Shown here one piece after another: positions 60,224-64,000 of a stretch of 64,000 nt of DNA. Below the pieces are notes generated by a model, which saw only the letters and a list, made by a program, of their open reading frames with translations, searched no databases and was not told where the DNA came from. The DNA is from an uncultured Acidobacteriota bacterium. Lineage in GTDB: Bacteria; Acidobacteriota; UBA6911. Numbering within the stretch: position 1 is the first letter of the stretch; every line of letters starts with the position of its first letter. Where the stretch lies: NCBI GenBank assembly GCA_963843575.1, contig CAWJKZ010000014.1, positions 416,001 through 480,000 on the forward strand, given 5' to 3'. The position numbers and the translations under genes are program-made.

Positions 60224-63053
60224 GTATCGATCGGTGGCAGCGGGTCAAGGAGATCTACAACTCGGCCCTCGATCTCGAGCCGGGAGGGCGCGAGGCCTAC
60301 CTGCGAGAGGCCTGCGGGGGAGACCAGTCCCTGCGGCAAGAGGTGGAGGCTCTGCTGGCCAACCTGCCGGAGGCCGAGGGATTCATGAAGGATCCCGCCA
60401 TGGAAGTGGCGGCCCGAGGTCTGGCGAAAGACCAGGAAAACGCGCTGGCGGGAGAGCTGGCGGGCCGCACCGTTTCGCATTACCGCATCATCGAGAAGAT
60501 CGGCCAGGGGGGCATGGGAGAGGTGTTCCTTGCCGAGGACACCTCCCTCCATCGCAAAGTCGCGCTGAAATTCCTGCCGCCGGAAATGCAGCGGGATCCC
60601 GTCGCCCGAAAGCGCTTCCTGCGGGAAGCCCATTCGGCCGCTGCGCTGGACAATCCCTTTATCTGCAGCATCCATGAAGTCGGCGAGTTCGAAGGCAAGG
60701 ACTTCATCGTGATGGAGTACGTGGACGGTCAGATGCTGATGGACAGGCTCCGTCGGGGGCATCTGCCGCTGAAGCAAGTACTGCAGATCGCCACAGAGGT
60801 TACGGAGGCGCTGGAGGCGGCGCACGGGAAGGGGATCATCCACCGGGACCTGAAGCCCGCGAACATCATGCTGACGCGGACAGGTCATGCCAAGGTGATG
60901 GACTTCGGGCTGGCCAAGCAATTGATTCCGCCTGGAGGCATCGACGGTCAGGAGGCCACGGTCACTGCCCTGACCCGCGACGGGTCGACCGTCGGGACGC
61001 TGGCCTACATGTCGCCGGAGCAGTTGCGGGGCGAGACAACCGACGCCCGGTCGGACATATTCTCATTTGGCGTGGTTCTATACGAGATGCTGGCGGGAGT
61101 TCATCCCTTCAGGAAACAGACGGGGATGGACACGGCCGGTGCGATCCTCAACTCCGCCCCTCAGCCTCTTGGCGAGCTCCGCCCGGATACTCCCGCTCTT
61201 CTCCAGCACATTGTGAAGAAGATGCTCGCCAAAGATCCTCAGGATCGGTATCCATCGATGCACGATGTAAAGACCGACCTGAAGGAGTTGATGGAGGAGT
61301 CGAATCGGCCGGCACCGGGGAAACGTCGAGGGCTGAAACCCGTTGTACTGGATTGCCGCAACCGCGTTGGTGGTTGTCGGCGCGGGGATCTGGACGTTTT
61401 TCCAGTTTTTCTCTCGCGGGGCGGCGCTGCCCCCGCCGAGGATTGTGCCCGTAACAACGTCCGGTGGCGAAAAGGCTTCTCCATCGCTTTCACCAGACGG
61501 CAACTGGGTCGCGTTTCCCTGGAGGGGTGAGAAGCAGGACAACTGGGACATCTACGTCAAGGAGTTGGATGGCCCCGGATTCAATCGATTGACGACCGAC
61601 CCGGCAGATGACCGCATCTCCCGCATGGTCTCCCGATGGCCGCCAGATCGCTTTCCTGCGAGCCTCGGGTGATCGATGGATACTGTACCTCATCAGCCCG
61701 TTGGGCGGTGGAGAAAGAAAGCTGGCTGAGGTAGGCGGCGATCAACTGAGCTGGTCGCCAGACGGAAAGAACATCGCATTTGTGGACAGGAAATCGCCGA
61801 AAGATCCGCTGAGCATCTGGTTGCTATCGGTGGAAACGCTGGAAAAGAGAGCAGATGACCGCTCCGGATGTAAGTTACTACGGCGACGAGCGAGCCGGCC
61901 TTTTCACCCGACGGTCGCTACCTTGCATTCGTCAGGGTTAGTGACGCTTGTGAGACCCGCCCTTTATGTCATGGATCTTCCCCGTGGAGAGCCAAGGCTT
62001 GTGACCGACTATCACTGTCCTTATCGGCCATGCTGGACTGCCGACAGCCGCGAGATTGTCTTCAACAGTTGCCTCTCGACAGGAGATGTGGCGTTGTGGC
62101 GGATCTTCGTGGACGGCGGAGAGCCTCGCAGAGTCCCGGCACGTGGCGAGCGGGTTTTTGGGCCCACCATCAGCCGGAATCGTCTGGCGTACGTCAGCTC
62201 AACTGGCAACTCGGACATCTGGAGGCTTGAACTGACCGGGCAGGATGCGATGAAACCGCCATCGAAGCCTTTATTCTCGTGGTCGTCATCTGAGGCGGAC
62301 CAGCGTATTTCACCGGACGGAAGCAGGATCGCCTTCGTGTCCGACAGTTCAGGGAGCATGGAAGTCTGGGTTTGCAGTGCCGACGGCACAAAGCCGATGA
62401 AGCTCACCGACATGAAAGCCGGAAGCACCGGCAGTCCGACCTGGTCTCCCGACGGGAAGAACATTGCTTTCGATTCCACCAAATCGGGGAATAACGACAT
62501 CTATGTGGTGAGCGCCGAAGGGGGGCCGGTGCGCCGGATCACGACAGATTCCACGGAAGAGGCGGTCCCTCGCTGGTCAAGGGACGGTCGCTGGATCTAC
62601 TTCGGCTCGAACAGGAGCGGACGCTGGATGATCTGGAAGGTGCCTTCCGATGGAGGCAAGGCGATTCAGATCACCACGGACGAAGGCCTGGATGCCTGCG
62701 AATCGGCTGACGGGTATGTGTACTACCATGGCTACAATGATCTCCAGAAAAAAGGTATTTGGCGGGTGCCGGCCTCGGGCGGCTCGGAGACGCTCGTACT
62801 GGACAAAGAGATTGGCTCCATGGTTTGGGATTTGTCAGACCGGGGCATCTACTTCATCGATGAAACAGCCAAGCCTATGGCCATATGCTTCTACGATTTT
62901 GCGACCCGGTCCGTAAGTACTCTGGCTCCTGTTCATGGTGATCCGGGATTTGGGGTAAGAGTGGGTTTCAGTGTTTCGCCCGACGGCAAGTGGCTTCTCT
63001 ACTCCGGTGGGATCTGCACTTCCGACATCATGATGATCGACAACTTCCGCTGA
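60220..63053 (+). CDS. Ser/Thr protein kinase with TM helix and TolB/PD40 beta-propeller; several frameshifts (possible pseudogene)
   Basis: GQGGMGEV, VALK, HRDLKPAN, DFGLAK, GTLAYMSPEQ; TM LYWIAATALVVVGAG; repeated SPDG motifs; shifts near 61340, 61615 and 61850-61950. Confidence 0.88.
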
Positions 63054-63228
63054 CAGATGTTGTGGACTGATTGCGATGCATCCAATCAGCGTGCAGCGGA
63101 AAGCGGTACCACACTGACCGATCTCCCCGCCATGACCTCAGATGGCCTGCCCGGTTTCGGGTCCTCAGGTCCCTGCGCTCCCACCTGATGCTTTAGTTCG
63201 GATTCGGGTTTCGCACGGGGTCCAAAAC

Positions 63229-63264
63229 AAAAAGGCCGCCTCCGGCCAATCGGCGGGGCGACCT
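63229..63264 (-). terminator. intrinsic terminator for the 63289-63675 gene
   Basis: Minus strand AGGTCGCCCC...GGAGGCGGCCT followed by TTTTGTTTT. Confidence 0.7.
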
Positions 63265-63288
63265 CTTTGACCAACGGCGGTGGTCGGT

Positions 63289-63675
63289 CTAGTTTCCTTC
63301 CACCTTCGTGTGGGCGTGCTTTCCCGGGGCTCCCTGGAGGTGAAAACCGTCCATGCCGGGAAAATAGACTTCCGTGAGGAAGCTTTTATCCTCAGTCTTG
63401 TCGAAAACCATCTGCACCGATTTTCCCGGCCGCGCCGAGAGCCGTGTGAGGACCGGGACGATTACGGTGACGTTGGTGTCAAGGTTGATAACGGTCAAGC
63501 CGTTTCCGTTGGCATTCGGCCGGATGGTGTATTGTCCTGCCGGAAGCTCCTTGTCCCCAGCCGTGAACACAAATGGGATCTTTACCGCCCCAGAGTTCTG
63601 CGCCCACGCAGCCATCCCACCAACGCTCAGCACGATCGCAATTACAGACGACACAAACAACAGTCTCCTCTTCAT
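63289..63675 (-). CDS. small secreted beta-rich protein (IPFxFxxGxxxLPAGxY type)
   Basis: Signal peptide ending AWA; VKIPFVFTAGDKELPAGQYTI, MVFDK...FLTEVYF. Confidence 0.8.
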   Translation of the reverse strand: MKRRLLFVSSVIAIVLSVGGMAAWAQNSGAVKIPFVFTAGDKELPAGQYTIRPNANGNGLTVINLDTNVTVIVPVLTRLSARPGKSVQMVFDKTEDKSFLTEVYFPGMDGFHLQGAPGKHAHTKVEGN

Positions 63676-64000
63676 AGCACCCACCCTTTCTGGTCGGTCA
63701 TTCGAAGGTTTGGCGTTACACCGCGATAACTCCCGCAACCACACCACGGAATAACGCTTCCACTCGGTTGAAACGGATACGGCAGTTGAACGACTCAGGG
63801 ACGCCACCCGAGACGGCCCTGCAAATCCCTTAACCAACTTCGATGTCATAAATGCTGCGCTTACCGCGCCTTCGGGTCAAGAGCATTGTTTGCCGGAGCC
63901 TGAAGAGTGCCGACAGGGCGACGCGCTGAGTTTCTATCTGCTCACCACGCTGAGGATCCCGCCGGTTCCTGTCCGCCGGCCCACTCCATTCTCCGTTCGC

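Noticed and set aside
63700-63960. c-di-GMP riboswitch upstream of the last gene
   Set aside because: No GGCAAAC...GACGCAAA or class II consensus; only weak hairpins.

Overview
High-GC (~65%) bacterial chromosomal segment, most likely from an Acidobacteriota genome. That assignment is inferred from protein styles: SecF insertion, PheT lacking the B2 domain, c-subunit with signal-like extension, ECF/Ser-Thr kinase pair. Positions 1-58.5 kb are mostly core genome: tgt-yajC-secD-secF, uvrA, 6S RNA-ymdB, tRNA-Val-thrS-infC-rpmI-rplT-pheS-pheT-zapB-zapA, S41-like/ruvX/mltG, a heterodimeric ABC exporter, a priming glycosyltransferase, a secreted matrixin-like protease pair, nnr-tsaE-DapA-like-bshC-bshB1, M48 protease, TolC, pilD and minor pilins around trpD, thiS-thiG-M3-like-aroB-menG, a partial nuo operon (E,J,K,L,M,N), greA and the F0 atp genes. 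After tRNA-Ser(CGA) an accessory region carries a short-period repeat element, a HEXXH protein and an ECF sigma/Ser-Thr kinase-TolB-propeller pair. About ten single-base indels break otherwise intact genes, which points to sequencing/assembly error. The most notable observations are a ComEA-like helix-hairpin-helix insert in the periplasmic domain of SecF, an S41 protease lacking both catalytic residues, a degenerate BshC with an AT-rich patch, an ECF sigma missing its phospho-acceptor segment, and a 6S-ymdB unit inverted relative to zapA beside gene-fragment scars. No CRISPR array, integrase or transposase was seen. All calls come from reading motifs by eye; no database searches were run.
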